The position numbers and the translations under genes are program-made. A model generated the notes under the pieces. It was not told the DNA's origin and searched no databases. It was given only the letters and a program-made list of their open reading frames with translations. This document shows positions 38,517 to 47,959 of a stretch of DNA of 64,000 nucleotides, piece after piece. This DNA comes from Bacillota bacterium (GTDB taxonomy: Bacteria; Bacillota; Clostridia; Christensenellales; CAG-138), in the NCBI GenBank assembly GCA_023459335.1, contig JAEWUO010000012.1, forward strand, positions 106-64,105, read 5' to 3'. The number at the start of each line of letters is the position of its first letter. Within the stretch, counting starts at the first letter, position 1.

Positions 38517-38969
38517 ATGAAGATAATACAAGCTGATATTTTAGAAATAGAAAAGGGAATTATCGCTCACCAAGTAAATCAACTTGGAGTTATGAGCGGT
38601 GGGTTAGCACTTCAAATTAGAAAAAAGTACAAAAATCTTTTTGATTTATATAATGAGATGTGTAGAAATCTTGGTAGTCAGTTATATGGGAGCGTTCAAC
38701 CATATCCTGTTAATAATGATTTAATTATTTGTAATCTGTTCTGTCAAAGAGGTGTAAGTAGATACAACACTACTACAGATTATGAACTTATGTATCTAGC
38801 ATTAATTGGAATGGTGAAAACGTATGGAACAGAGAAAAATTATTATTTACCATATAAAATTGGATGTGGGATGGCAAATGGAGATTGGAAGGAAGTTTCT
38901 AGAATTATAGAAACTGTGGAAAAAGAGTTGAATATAGAATTTTATATTTGTAAAAGAGAAGCTGATTAA
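38517..38969 (+). CDS. macro domain protein (ADP-ribose binding/hydrolase family)
   Basis: KIIQADILEIEKGIIAHQVNQLGVMSGGLALQIRKKY resembles the macro-domain N-terminal motif. Confidence 0.55.
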   Translation: MKIIQADILEIEKGIIAHQVNQLGVMSGGLALQIRKKYKNLFDLYNEMCRNLGSQLYGSVQPYPVNNDLIICNLFCQRGVSRYNTTTDYELMYLALIGMVKTYGTEKNYYLPYKIGCGMANGDWKEVSRIIETVEKELNIEFYICKREAD

Positions 38970-38975
38970 GTTATA

Positions 38976-39004
38976 TTGACTTGCGGCCGAAAATATGGTA
39001 TAAT
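38976..39004 (+). promoter_or_regulatory. phage consensus promoter with GCGGCCGA in the spacer
   Basis: TTGACTTGCGGCCGAAAATATGGTATAAT. Confidence 0.7.
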
Positions 39005-39036
39005 AATATTATGATAAAATTAAGGAGGAAAATGAA

Positions 39037-39486
39037 ATGAAAACTGAAATAAAAAAGAAAAAAAAAGAACCACAGCGTTCTCTTAGGAATATCGTAAAAC
39101 TAAAAGTCAAAGATGGACAAAGAGCTATGGATTATGATTTTACAGTTAAATTTTGGAATAAATTGTTGAGAGAAGGAAAGCTATCAACTAAAAATAAGAA
39201 ATGTACTGATGTTTCTTTAAGAGCAGCTATTAACAGAAACTGGGAAGTGTTAAATGCGGCCGCAAATAGTGGTGAAGTGGATGAAGAAACTCTGGGTTTG
39301 ATACTGAGAAAGATTGAGTTATTAAAACCGTTTATGACAAATGAATGGAAATCTTTCTATAAAAATTATGCTCAGGAGAGGTTGGCGGCAACGACACCGG
39401 CAAACCAAGAAAAGCAAAGAAATGCTGAAAAAAGAAAATTGGAAAAACAAGCGTTAAGAAAACAACAATCTCAAAAATTATCTTAA
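39037..39486 (+). CDS. hypothetical basic protein
   Basis: 149-aa ORF with the RBS AAGGAGGA. Lys/Arg-rich at both ends. Confidence 0.45.
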   Translation: MKTEIKKKKKEPQRSLRNIVKLKVKDGQRAMDYDFTVKFWNKLLREGKLSTKNKKCTDVSLRAAINRNWEVLNAAANSGEVDEETLGLILRKIELLKPFMTNEWKSFYKNYAQERLAATTPANQEKQRNAEKRKLEKQALRKQQSQKLS

Positions 39487-39502
39487 GAATGGAGGACTAA
39501 TT

Positions 39503-39850
39503 TTGAATTATAATCATGATAGTATAGTTTCTTTGGGGGCAGGTAGAGCCTTTAGAGAAAAGTTAGGAATGTATCTCTCAGCAGATAAACAAGAAGCTAT
39601 CAATCTTGGATTAAGGGAATTAATAGTAAATGTCCAAGATGAATTTGAGGTATATAAACCAAAAGATCCCACTCTAAAGATTTCTTTAAATACAAATTTA
39701 AGAGAAATCATCGTAGAAGATAACATGAGAGGAATTCCGTGTGGCGTTAGAACCGATGGAATGAACTCTCTTACTGCGGCGTTTATGATACCACATAGCG
39801 GAGGCAAACATTCCGAGGGGGCTTATTCAAGTGCCATAGGAATCAACGGT
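39503..39850 (+). CDS. type IIA topoisomerase subunit B (GyrB/ParE-like), exon 1 (GHKL ATPase start)
   Basis: LRELIVNVQDE (GHKL N-box-like), EDNMRGIP, HSGGK...AIGING. Exon ends in T. Confidence 0.7.
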
Positions 39851-40748
39851 TAGAGTATCCTGAGCCGTTGTAAAAGGACTTTAATTGCTGGAAGAATCTT
39901 AGAGCCTAATAAACTACAACATAAAGAGCGATCTTAAGTGTGAACGTTTGAAAATTATTAGGATTGACTAATCAGCATCGAAGCATCTAATAAATTTCCA
40001 TTGATAAAAAAAGGGGGAAAGTAAAATGACCTGAATTTTATCTTGTGGAGCAGAAATTTTAATAGATACTGAAGATTTTAATAAAATTGATAAAAAAGGT
40101 TGGTATTTATCTCAAGGAACTCATGATAACAACAATAGAAGAAAAACTAAATATGTCCTACATGATGATTATGGCAGATTACATAGGCATATTTTAGGGC
40201 TAAATCTAAATGAACGAAAAGATTTAGTTGTTGATCATATTGATAGAAATGGGTTGAATAACCAAAAAAATAATCTACGAATAGTAGATACATCAATAAA
40301 TAAAAAAAATCAAAGTACAATAAAAAATAACCAATTAAATTTTAATGGCATAAGCTTAGAGTATAATAAAAAAGCTGATTATTTTAGATTTAAAGTTTCA
40401 TATAATGAGATTAAGTACAAACCAAAAACTAAAACTTTCTCTTTTGGAAGTTACGATAATCCTCAAGAAGCTTTAAAGGCAGCTATTTTATTTAGAATAG
40501 AAAAAATGAAAGAAAATGGTTATTTATTAGATGAACGTTCAACGACTATTGAAAATGAATTAATTAATAATGTCAATATTAATATAGAGCAGATATTAAA
40601 TATTGATTTAAAAAAATTAATCATGAGTAAAGTAGGCTCAAGCGAGTCGAAATGGGTCTTAGAAAAGATATAGTCTAAACTCTATAGAATATATAGAGCA
40701 GCACGTAATGGTGCGGGATTGGAGTAGCGAACCAATTTGAAATGTTTG
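39851..40748 (+). mobile_element. Group I intron 1 of the gyrB-like gene with HNH-AP2 ORF
   Basis: The flanks rejoin as AIGING|EGAKIVN (consensus GxHGVGAsvVN). The intron ends in G. Its 5' part is homologous to the IStron ribozyme module. Confidence 0.7.
40026..40673 (+). CDS. HNH-AP2 homing endonuclease ORF with an in-frame TGA at codon 3
   Basis: Strong RBS AAGGGGGAAA, then ATG ACC TGA ATT..., with the frame open from 40035 to 40673. LVVDHIDRNGLNNQKNNLR (HNH) lies upstream of the first conventional start at 40254. Confidence 0.6.
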
Positions 40749-41867
40749 GAAGGAGCAAAAATTGTCAATCACACAGCGAAGTGGTTAGAAGTTCAAGTTA
40801 AAAGAGAAGGAAAAATTCATTTCCAAAGATTTGAATCTAATGACGAGGGAGCATTCTCAGTTACCGAAGTTGAAATAAAGGGGAATACAAACGAAACGGG
40901 AACAATGATTAAATACGTACCAGACTCTAAGGTTTATGGCGATGCTTTTATAAACATTGAAACCTTAAAAGAGATGTTGAAAGAGATGTCTTATTTTACC
41001 AAAGGATTAAAAATAATCCTAAGTGTGGATGAAGAATATGTTATAACTTTCTATTCTAAGAATGGATTAATTGATGGTTTATCTGGACAAAACCCTCTTT
41101 CAAAACCATTCCATTTTCTTTATGAAACTGAAGATTGTAAAGTTGAATTAGCCTTACAATGGGTTGCAAAGGGCGGGCAAATCAAAGGCTATGCCAATGG
41201 ACTTCATATGAGAGATGGCGGTGCTTTTATGTCTGGGTTTAAATCTTCTTTAACTAGAAGCTTTAACTCTTTAATGAAAAAGAAATTTGGTGGCGACCAA
41301 ATTAGAAGTATGTTAGATGGATTTGTTTCAGTTAAGGTTAGAATGGGGGAATTCTCAAATCAAGCTAAAACTGCTTTAGCAAATGCTGAGGCTAGAACAG
41401 CAACCTCAGCGGCAATATCTCAATTATTAAAAGAATACTATGAATCTAATCAAGGTGTTTTAAATACGGTTGCTGAAATATTAACAAAATATGAAAAAGC
41501 AGAAAAGGCGGCCGAAAAAGCCAGAGAAGAAGTTCTTAATATTAATAAGGAAATCACCAAAAAAAGAAAGCAGAAAATTGTTGCTTCTGATAAATTAAAA
41601 GATGCTGAGGTTCTTGGGCAAGATTCAATTTTATTGGTTGTGGAAGGTGATTCGGCGGGTCAAGCCGCTTTATTAGCAAGAGATACTAAAAAGTATGGTG
41701 TCTTAATGGCACAAGGAAAGTTTCTTAACTCTTGTGAAAAAGAAGAAGAAAAGGTTTTAAAAAATAAAATTGTTGAAAGATTAATCCTAGCATTAGGACT
41801 AAATGTTGGGAATTATAATCCAAAAACCCTAAGGTATGGAAAAGTTGGAATTTTTGTTGACGCAGAT
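40749..41867 (+). CDS. type IIA topoisomerase subunit B-like, exon 2 (transducer plus Toprim start)
   Basis: EGAKIVN...; LLVVEGDSAG (Toprim EGDSA); ends IFVDAD. Confidence 0.75.
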
Positions 41868-42738
41868 GAATAACATTGTCTGGAAATGCTTTTGCTCTAT
41901 TTGGAGCGGTCTATTTTAAAATAGGCTAACGGTATCAGAGAAATAAGACCTCCTATTGGAACTACAAGAGATAATAGGAATAATCTAAGGACGAATAATC
42001 TGACTAAGAAACCCTAAACCTGAAAATGGTGAGATAAAGGGAATACCGTACCAATCGTAAATTATTCCTCTTTAAAAGAGGTGATAAATATTTTCAAAGT
42101 ATATTGTATAACCAATTTAATTAATAATCATAAATATATAGGAATAACTTCACGTTCATTAGAAATAAGATTTTCAGAACATTGTTGCCATCCTCGTACT
42201 TTAATTTATTATGCAGTTAAAAAGTATGGAAAAGAAAATTTTATAATAGAACTAATTGAAGATAATGTGCCTAATGATTTAATAGATGAAAAAGAAAGAT
42301 ATTATATTAATAAATATAATACCTTAAAACCCAATGGATACAATTTATCAACAGGCGGGATTAGTAATAAAGGTGTTAATGAAGAAACAAGACAACATCT
42401 TAAAGAAATTAATTTAGGTATTAATAATCCTCGTTGTAATAAATATATTTTACAATACGATTTAAGTAATAATTTTATTGCAAAATATGGCTCAGCAAGA
42501 GAAGCTGGACGTGCATTGGGTAATGAAAATAAACGTGGAGCAATCTTAAATTGCTTAAATAAAAAAACAAAAACTTCACAAGGTTATATTTGGAAATATG
42601 AGGAATAATTAAGCGAAGGGTGTATCGACTATCCTCGTGAAGGGGAGTACCTATACTATTAATATGTATTGGGAAAGAGCATTCTCTCATTAGAGAGTAA
42701 AATATAGTCAGACCCAAGTTGAAAAATTGGATAAGTCG
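41868..42738 (+). mobile_element. Group I intron 2 of the gyrB-like gene with GIY-YIG ORF
   Basis: The flanks rejoin as DAD|DDGSHI (consensus DADvDGsHI). U is at the exon end and G at the intron end. The 3' part is homologous to nrdD intron 1. GGCTAACGG box present. Confidence 0.7.
42081..42608 (+). CDS. GIY-YIG homing endonuclease
   Basis: VYCITNLINNHKYIGIT..IRFSEH..YGKENF..KERYYI. Confidence 0.8.
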   Translation: MINIFKVYCITNLINNHKYIGITSRSLEIRFSEHCCHPRTLIYYAVKKYGKENFIIELIEDNVPNDLIDEKERYYINKYNTLKPNGYNLSTGGISNKGVNEETRQHLKEINLGINNPRCNKYILQYDLSNNFIAKYGSAREAGRALGNENKRGAILNCLNKKTKTSQGYIWKYEE

Positions 42739-43110
42739 GATGATGGAAGCCATATCGCACTTTTAATAATCGCAGCGATTTTCAGAATTTGTCCAGAGCT
42801 AATAAAGGAAAATCGTTTAATGTGGTTGAAAGCTCCACTTTTTTCAAAGTTATCTAAGGGAAAGAAGAAGTACTTTTATACACAGGAAGAGTTAGATGCC
42901 GATGATAGTGTCGGAACAATCCTTCGTTATAAAGGAATTGGTTCTATGAATTCTGAAGATATGGAAGCCTCAATGTTTTCACCAGAATTTCAGAGAATTG
43001 AAACATTAGAATATAATGAAGAATTCGACGAATTATTTAATTCTTTAATGGGAAAAGATGTTGCTTTTAGAAAAGAATATGTTTCTGAAAATATTGACTT
43101 TTCTGAATAG
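42739..43110 (+). CDS. type IIA topoisomerase subunit B-like, exon 3
   Basis: DDGSHIALLIIAAIF...YKGIGSMN (consensus KGLGEM-like). Confidence 0.7.
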   Translation, partial: DDGSHIALLIIAAIFRICPELIKENRLMWLKAPLFSKLSKGKKKYFYTQEELDADDSVGTILRYKGIGSMNSEDMEASMFSPEFQRIETLEYNEEFDELFNSLMGKDVAFRKEYVSENIDFSE

Positions 43111-43122
43111 TAGTGCTATAAT
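43094..43122 (+). promoter_or_regulatory. phage consensus promoter (overlaps the end of exon 3)
   Basis: TTGACT-17-TATAAT. Confidence 0.6.
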
Positions 43123-43159
43123 TATAATAGATTAGAATTGAATAAAAGGAGAATTTGTA

Positions 43160-45499
43160 ATGAATATAATAGATACAGTAAAAAAATCGTTTGAAACATA
43201 TGCCAAAGCTACTATTAAAGATAGAGCTTTGGTTGATGCAAGAGATTTTTTAAAACCATCCGCTAGAATGTGTTTATGGGCACAGTTTGAAGAAAAGATA
43301 ACTCACAATAAGCCATTTGTGAGTTCTCAATCTAGTGTTGGTGCGGCACTAAAGCATTACTATACTCACGGTGATGCTTCATGTTACGCTCTACTTACAA
43401 GATTTTCAAAACCTTTTGTGACACGGTATTGTCTAGAAGATTTTGATGGGAATAATGGAAGTATATCTATGCAGAACTCTGAAGCGGCCGCAAGATATAC
43501 AAAAATGAGATTATCTAAACTTGCATCTTTATTATTTAAAGGAATAGAAAAAGATGGAATTGAGAAGTGGATTGATAATTACGATAACACGGTAAAATTG
43601 CCTTCAGTATTTCCATCTCTAGGATATTATAATATAGTTAATGGCACTACGGGGATTGCTACAGCTGTTAGTAGTAGTATTCCACCTTTTAATCTAAAAG
43701 AGGTAAATCATGCAATGATTAAACTTCTTCATAATCCAGACATTGATTTTGAAGAAATTTATTGTGCACCAGATTTTCCTAGCAATGGGATTATCTTAAA
43801 CGGTGATGAAGTTAAACAAAGTCTTAAAAATGGTACTGGAAAAAGTATCAGAATAAGAGGTAAAATCGAGTATAATGAAAAAGAGCATTGTCTATTTATA
43901 AAAGAAATTCCATTTCAAGTTTATGTTGAAACTATCTGTAAAGAGATAGAAAAATGGGTAAATAGCGATCCTACGTCTGGAATAAGCGGGATGTTAGATG
44001 TATCTAAGGCTACACCAAATGTTAAAGTGTTTTTAGAAAAAGGGAATAAAAATATTGAAGGTACCATTAGACAATTAATGAAAAACACTTCAATCCAAAG
44101 TTTTTTCCCAATTCAACTAAGAATGTTGGATGGTGGAGCTAAACCAAGAATTTTCACTTGGCGAGAGGCTCTACAGGCTCACATCGACCACGAGGTTGAG
44201 GTGAGAACTAGAATTCATAAGTTTGAAATAGAAAAAATCCTTAAAAGAATACATATAATTGAAGGATTTTTAATAGCTATAGCGAATATGGAAGAAGTAA
44301 TTAAGATTATTAAATCTTCCTCTTCAATTGCGGCGGCAAAAGAAAAGCTTTCTGAACGCTTCGGATTTAGCGGACTTCAAGCTACCGAAGTTGTTAATCT
44401 GAAGCTAGGAAAACTAGTTAAGCTAGAAATTCAGTCATTTCAAGAGGAAATGGAAAAACTGAATATTAATAAAAAATATCATGAGAATGTATTAAGCACT
44501 CGCTCTTTATTAAATAAAGAGATAGAGACCGATATGTTGGCAGTTGCTCAAGAATTTGGTGACGAAAGGAAAACAGAGGTTCTAAATCTTTGTAGTGAAG
44601 ATAGTGAGATTGAGGACATAGTTGAGGAAGAAAAACTAATAATCTCTGTAACCAACAGACACAATATATATACAGAGAAGGAGACAACTCTTGTTGCAAA
44701 AAATCGCCGCAATAAAGGCAATATCATCAAGCTCAAAGATGAGTTCCTCATAAAAACCTTTGTTGAAAGTAATCATAGTGACATGATTATAATCACCTCA
44801 GAAGGTAGAGCAAGAACTATTAGAATTGTTGATATTGAAAATGGCTCAAATTTAAAATCATTTATTGACCTAAATCTAAATGAAACAATTGTAGATGTAA
44901 TTGTTATAGATAAAACAATTCCGTATACTGTATTAGTTACAAAGAATGGGATATTAAAAAAGATTGAGACCAAGGAGTTGTTTTCCAAAAGAAAAGCACC
45001 CATAGTAATTATGAAAATAAAAGAGGGTGACTGTATTGTCGCCGCTTGTCAAGTAAGTACTGAGGAATTGGGAATTTTAGCAAGTAGTGGGCACTTTATA
45101 AGGTTTGCATCTTTAGATATAAACCCAATTGGCAGAGCAGCGATGGGAGTTGCGGGAATGAAACTCGACAATAACTCATTCATAAAAACCATTAGACCAA
45201 TTGGAAAAGACTCTAAGTATATCATCTCCTTAACTAAAAAAGGAAAAATAAAGAAAACCGAAAGCAGTGAGTTTAGCGTTTCAAACAGAAACACTAAGGG
45301 TGCAAAAATATGTAAAATAGAAGATGGAGATGAAATTGTCGATTTTATTGCGATAAAAGATGAAGAATTAATATTGTCAACAAATAAAACAAATAAAAAA
45401 ATAGTTTCTACAGACATTAATACCACAAGTAGAAACTCAATAGGAGTTGGATTAGGAGATGAAAGCCTCCAATACAATTCCATAAATATATCACTTTAA
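43160..45499 (+). CDS. type IIA topoisomerase subunit A (GyrA/ParC-like)
   Basis: YTHGDASCYALLTRFSKPF...DGNNGS...EAAARYTKMRLS, which includes the active-site Tyr motif. Confidence 0.8.
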   Translation: MNIIDTVKKSFETYAKATIKDRALVDARDFLKPSARMCLWAQFEEKITHNKPFVSSQSSVGAALKHYYTHGDASCYALLTRFSKPFVTRYCLEDFDGNNGSISMQNSEAAARYTKMRLSKLASLLFKGIEKDGIEKWIDNYDNTVKLPSVFPSLGYYNIVNGTTGIATAVSSSIPPFNLKEVNHAMIKLLHNPDIDFEEIYCAPDFPSNGIILNGDEVKQSLKNGTGKSIRIRGKIEYNEKEHCLFIKEIPFQVYVETICKEIEKWVNSDPTSGISGMLDVSKATPNVKVFLEKGNKNIEGTIRQLMKNTSIQSFFPIQLRMLDGGAKPRIFTWREALQAHIDHEVEVRTRIHKFEIEKILKRIHIIEGFLIAIANMEEVIKIIKSSSSIAAAKEKLSERFGFSGLQATEVVNLKLGKLVKLEIQSFQEEMEKLNINKKYHENVLSTRSLLNKEIETDMLAVAQEFGDERKTEVLNLCSEDSEIEDIVEEEKLIISVTNRHNIYTEKETTLVAKNRRNKGNIIKLKDEFLIKTFVESNHSDMIIITSEGRARTIRIVDIENGSNLKSFIDLNLNETIVDVIVIDKTIPYTVLVTKNGILKKIETKELFSKRKAPIVIMKIKEGDCIVAACQVSTEELGILASSGHFIRFASLDINPIGRAAMGVAGMKLDNNSFIKTIRPIGKDSKYIISLTKKGKIKKTESSEFSVSNRNTKGAKICKIEDGDEIVDFIAIKDEELILSTNKTNKKIVSTDINTTSRNSIGVGLGDESLQYNSINISL

Positions 45500-45509
45500 T
45501 AATAATAAT

Positions 45510-45545
45510 CCCCTAAGCTTTCATTAGCTTAGGGGAAATTTTATA
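45510..45545 (+). terminator. rho-independent terminator
   Basis: 10-bp hairpin CCCCTAAGCT/AGCTTAGGGG followed by an A/T-rich tail. Confidence 0.6.
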
Positions 45546-45562
45546 ATATAAAGGAGAAAAAA

Positions 45563-46339
45563 ATGAAAAAAACAATAGGAATAATTTTATTTATTATGAT
45601 TTTAACTACGGGGGTTTTTTATGCCTGTAGTAAAACAGAGAAAGCAATACTTGATGAGGCTATAACTTCAGAGATTACTGAAAAAGAAGTGACAACTAGT
45701 CTCCTCACCACGATTAAGACCACTAAAACAACTACAACAAGTAAAACTACTACAGGTGAAATTACTACAAGTGAAATTACTACAAGTGATGGTATCACAG
45801 AAATAACAAGCGACTCCACTAAGGATATTGTTGAAACCCATAGTGCCCCGCCGGCTTTAAGTTCGCCAGTTATTGAGGTAGAAATCGTTCCAATAACAAC
45901 ACAGATTAAAGTAATTGAGACTAGCACAGCAACAAATCCACCAGAAACTCAAACAATCAAAGTTATAGAGGCGGTTGGATATAGACCTATAGACAAACTT
46001 GCAATAGAATTGCAAAACCACATTTATAATTTATGCGTTGAGAATAGTATAGAATTTTCCATAGTGATGGCAATAATAGAAAAAGAAAGCGGTTTCAATC
46101 CTAGTGCTAGTAATGGGGTTTGTATAGGACTAATGCAACTTCATTCTAGTTATAACGCCGGCGACTTATACGATCCGTATCACAATACCACTTTGGGTAT
46201 TCAACTAATAGGGCGATTAGTCTCTAGCTATGGGCTATCGCAAGGTTTGGTATATTATAATTGTGGCGAGTATAGTGGAGTTTGTGCTCCGACTTCATAC
46301 TCAAATAGTATAATTGCGGCGGCGGAAAAATATAAATAA
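45563..46339 (+). CDS. lytic transglycosylase (SLT domain) lipoprotein with Thr-rich linker
   Basis: Signal/lipobox ...GVFYAC. TTTTSKTTTGEITTSEITTS linker. EKESGFNPSA...GLMQL. Confidence 0.75.
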   Translation: MKKTIGIILFIMILTTGVFYACSKTEKAILDEAITSEITEKEVTTSLLTTIKTTKTTTTSKTTTGEITTSEITTSDGITEITSDSTKDIVETHSAPPALSSPVIEVEIVPITTQIKVIETSTATNPPETQTIKVIEAVGYRPIDKLAIELQNHIYNLCVENSIEFSIVMAIIEKESGFNPSASNGVCIGLMQLHSSYNAGDLYDPYHNTTLGIQLIGRLVSSYGLSQGLVYYNCGEYSGVCAPTSYSNSIIAAAEKYK

Positions 46340-46346
46340 TATTATT

Positions 46347-46375
46347 AAGGGTAACTATTAAATGTAGTTACCCTT
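46347..46375 (+). terminator. terminator hairpin overlapping the next promoter's -35 box
   Basis: AAGGGTAACTA/TAGTTACCCTT followed by a T-rich tract. Confidence 0.6.
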
Positions 46376-46402
46376 GACTTATTTTTATATTTTTGTTATA
46401 AT
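46374..46402 (+). promoter_or_regulatory. phage consensus promoter (upstream member of a tandem pair)
   Basis: TTGACT-17-TATAAT. Confidence 0.6.
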
Positions 46403-46500
46403 TATTTTATAATATTTTTACAAAAGGTTCTATAAGCACTAAAGTATGTGAGAATACAATATAGTATATTTTACCAACTATGGGAAAACATTTCTTATTG

Positions 46501-46529
46501 TTGACTTTTATCACTAAATGTGATATAAT
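46501..46529 (+). promoter_or_regulatory. phage consensus promoter
   Basis: TTGACT-17-TATAAT followed by TATATTATAGTAAAA. Confidence 0.7.
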
Positions 46530-46553
46530 TATATTATAGTAAAAGAGGGAGAG

Positions 46554-47045
46554 GTGAGAACTATTGAACGATTTGCAGTAGCAAATACTGATTTCTTTAA
46601 TCAAAAAGTTTCTAATAAAAGGAAATTAACAATTGAAGAAAATAACACAATCATAATTGAGAACTGGAATAAAATAGTCTCAAATGAGGATACAGTATTT
46701 CATCTCGGTGGAGTATCATCAAATGTTGGAATAGAAAAAATAAAGCAAATTATTAACCAATTAAATGGTAAAAAAGTTTTAATTTACTCTGAAAGAGATA
46801 GATTTCTTTCAGCAGAAAGATGGTTAAAATTAGGATTTAACGAGGTTGTAAAGTATAATCTTTTCTTTGGTGAGGATGGATTGTACTTGTGCAATAAGAT
46901 AGAAGGTGTCTATGGAAAACTTAAATTTATAGATGCTGATAAAAACAACTATAAAAAACATGAAGGTAGAGTAGTTAGTGCTAATATAGATTATTGGGAT
47001 TTATACCCAGTAAACTTCACCACATTACTCGAGGAGTTTAAATGA
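46554..47045 (+). CDS. hypothetical protein (degenerate metallophosphoesterase-like)
   Basis: 163-aa ORF with a GTG start. NWNKIV...VFHLGG resembles the MPP layout, but the metal ligands appear to be lost. Confidence 0.4.
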   Translation: MRTIERFAVANTDFFNQKVSNKRKLTIEENNTIIIENWNKIVSNEDTVFHLGGVSSNVGIEKIKQIINQLNGKKVLIYSERDRFLSAERWLKLGFNEVVKYNLFFGEDGLYLCNKIEGVYGKLKFIDADKNNYKKHEGRVVSANIDYWDLYPVNFTTLLEEFK

Positions 47046-47437
47046 AAGAAAAAGACAAAGAAAAAGCTTATAAGCATAAAGGTTTAGGTTTCTTATCTAC
47101 GACTAGATTTCCTTTTTTCCTAATTCCATCATTGGTTTTAGATTTCAATGGAAATAAAATACTATTTTTGAAAGTATTACTATGTTTTGCACTTTTGTCA
47201 GTACTTTTAGTTCATGAATATAAAAGATATATTTATGAAGAAAAGTATGATATTATTCAAAGCCTAATCTTCTTATATATATGTGGATTGTCGGCTCTAC
47301 AAATTCATGGTGGTATTATTCCCATAGCTATTGGCTTTGGAATACAGTTAATATTCTTTTTCATAAGATTAAAAATCGAAGATAATATTTTCTATAAAAT
47401 TGAAAGAGAAAGTGAGGAAGAGAATAATGAAAAGTAA
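47042..47437 (+). CDS. membrane protein
   Basis: Several hydrophobic segments. ATGA start/stop overlap with the upstream gene. Confidence 0.5.
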   Translation: MKEKDKEKAYKHKGLGFLSTTRFPFFLIPSLVLDFNGNKILFLKVLLCFALLSVLLVHEYKRYIYEEKYDIIQSLIFLYICGLSALQIHGGIIPIAIGFGIQLIFFFIRLKIEDNIFYKIERESEEENNEK

Positions 47438-47888
47438 AATTAGAGATTATATTATGGAAATGGAGATAGAGACAAAAAGAGAAAACTACAACCCTCTAGA
47501 TAACATAGATTATAGCTTCATAAATTTCTTATTAGTTGAAGGTTTTAATCAGGATATTTTCCTCGACAAGGAGTTTGAATTCCTTTATAAATTAAGTGCT
47601 GAAGACAAACTATTAGAGAATAATTATGAGAAAAAGTTAATTGAAATAATTAATAAATATTGTCTTTTAGAAACTTTAGATTATAAAATAGTTAAAAAAT
47701 GGGTGAAAAAATATGTGCAAATGTTCTATAAAGAATATATAGTATCTGAAAAAATCTATATTAAAGAAGAGATAAAAGAGCAAATAGTAAAGCTCTTACT
47801 AGAATGCGATAAAGTCCAAAAATCTAAAACTGAGAAAATTAGATTTATAAGTTGTTTTGTTCCAGTCCTAAAGAATCTGTGGATATAA
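47427..47888 (+). CDS. hypothetical protein
   Basis: ATG at 47427 behind GAGGAAGAG, preferred over the track's TTG start at 47400. Confidence 0.45.
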   Translation: MKSKIRDYIMEMEIETKRENYNPLDNIDYSFINFLLVEGFNQDIFLDKEFEFLYKLSAEDKLLENNYEKKLIEIINKYCLLETLDYKIVKKWVKKYVQMFYKEYIVSEKIYIKEEIKEQIVKLLLECDKVQKSKTEKIRFISCFVPVLKNLWI

Positions 47889-47917
47889 TTGACTTATTTT
47901 TAGATATGTGATATAAT
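47889..47917 (+). promoter_or_regulatory. phage consensus promoter
   Basis: TTGACT-17-TATAAT. Confidence 0.7.
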
Positions 47918-47959
47918 AATAATATAATAAAAATTAAATTGGATTGAAGGAGAATAATT

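Noticed and set aside
40032-40034. Genome-wide reassignment of TGA to a sense codon.
   Set aside because: TGA clearly terminates other well-supported genes, for example at 47043-47045 (ATGA overlap) and 55173-55175. Any readthrough would be local to this gene.
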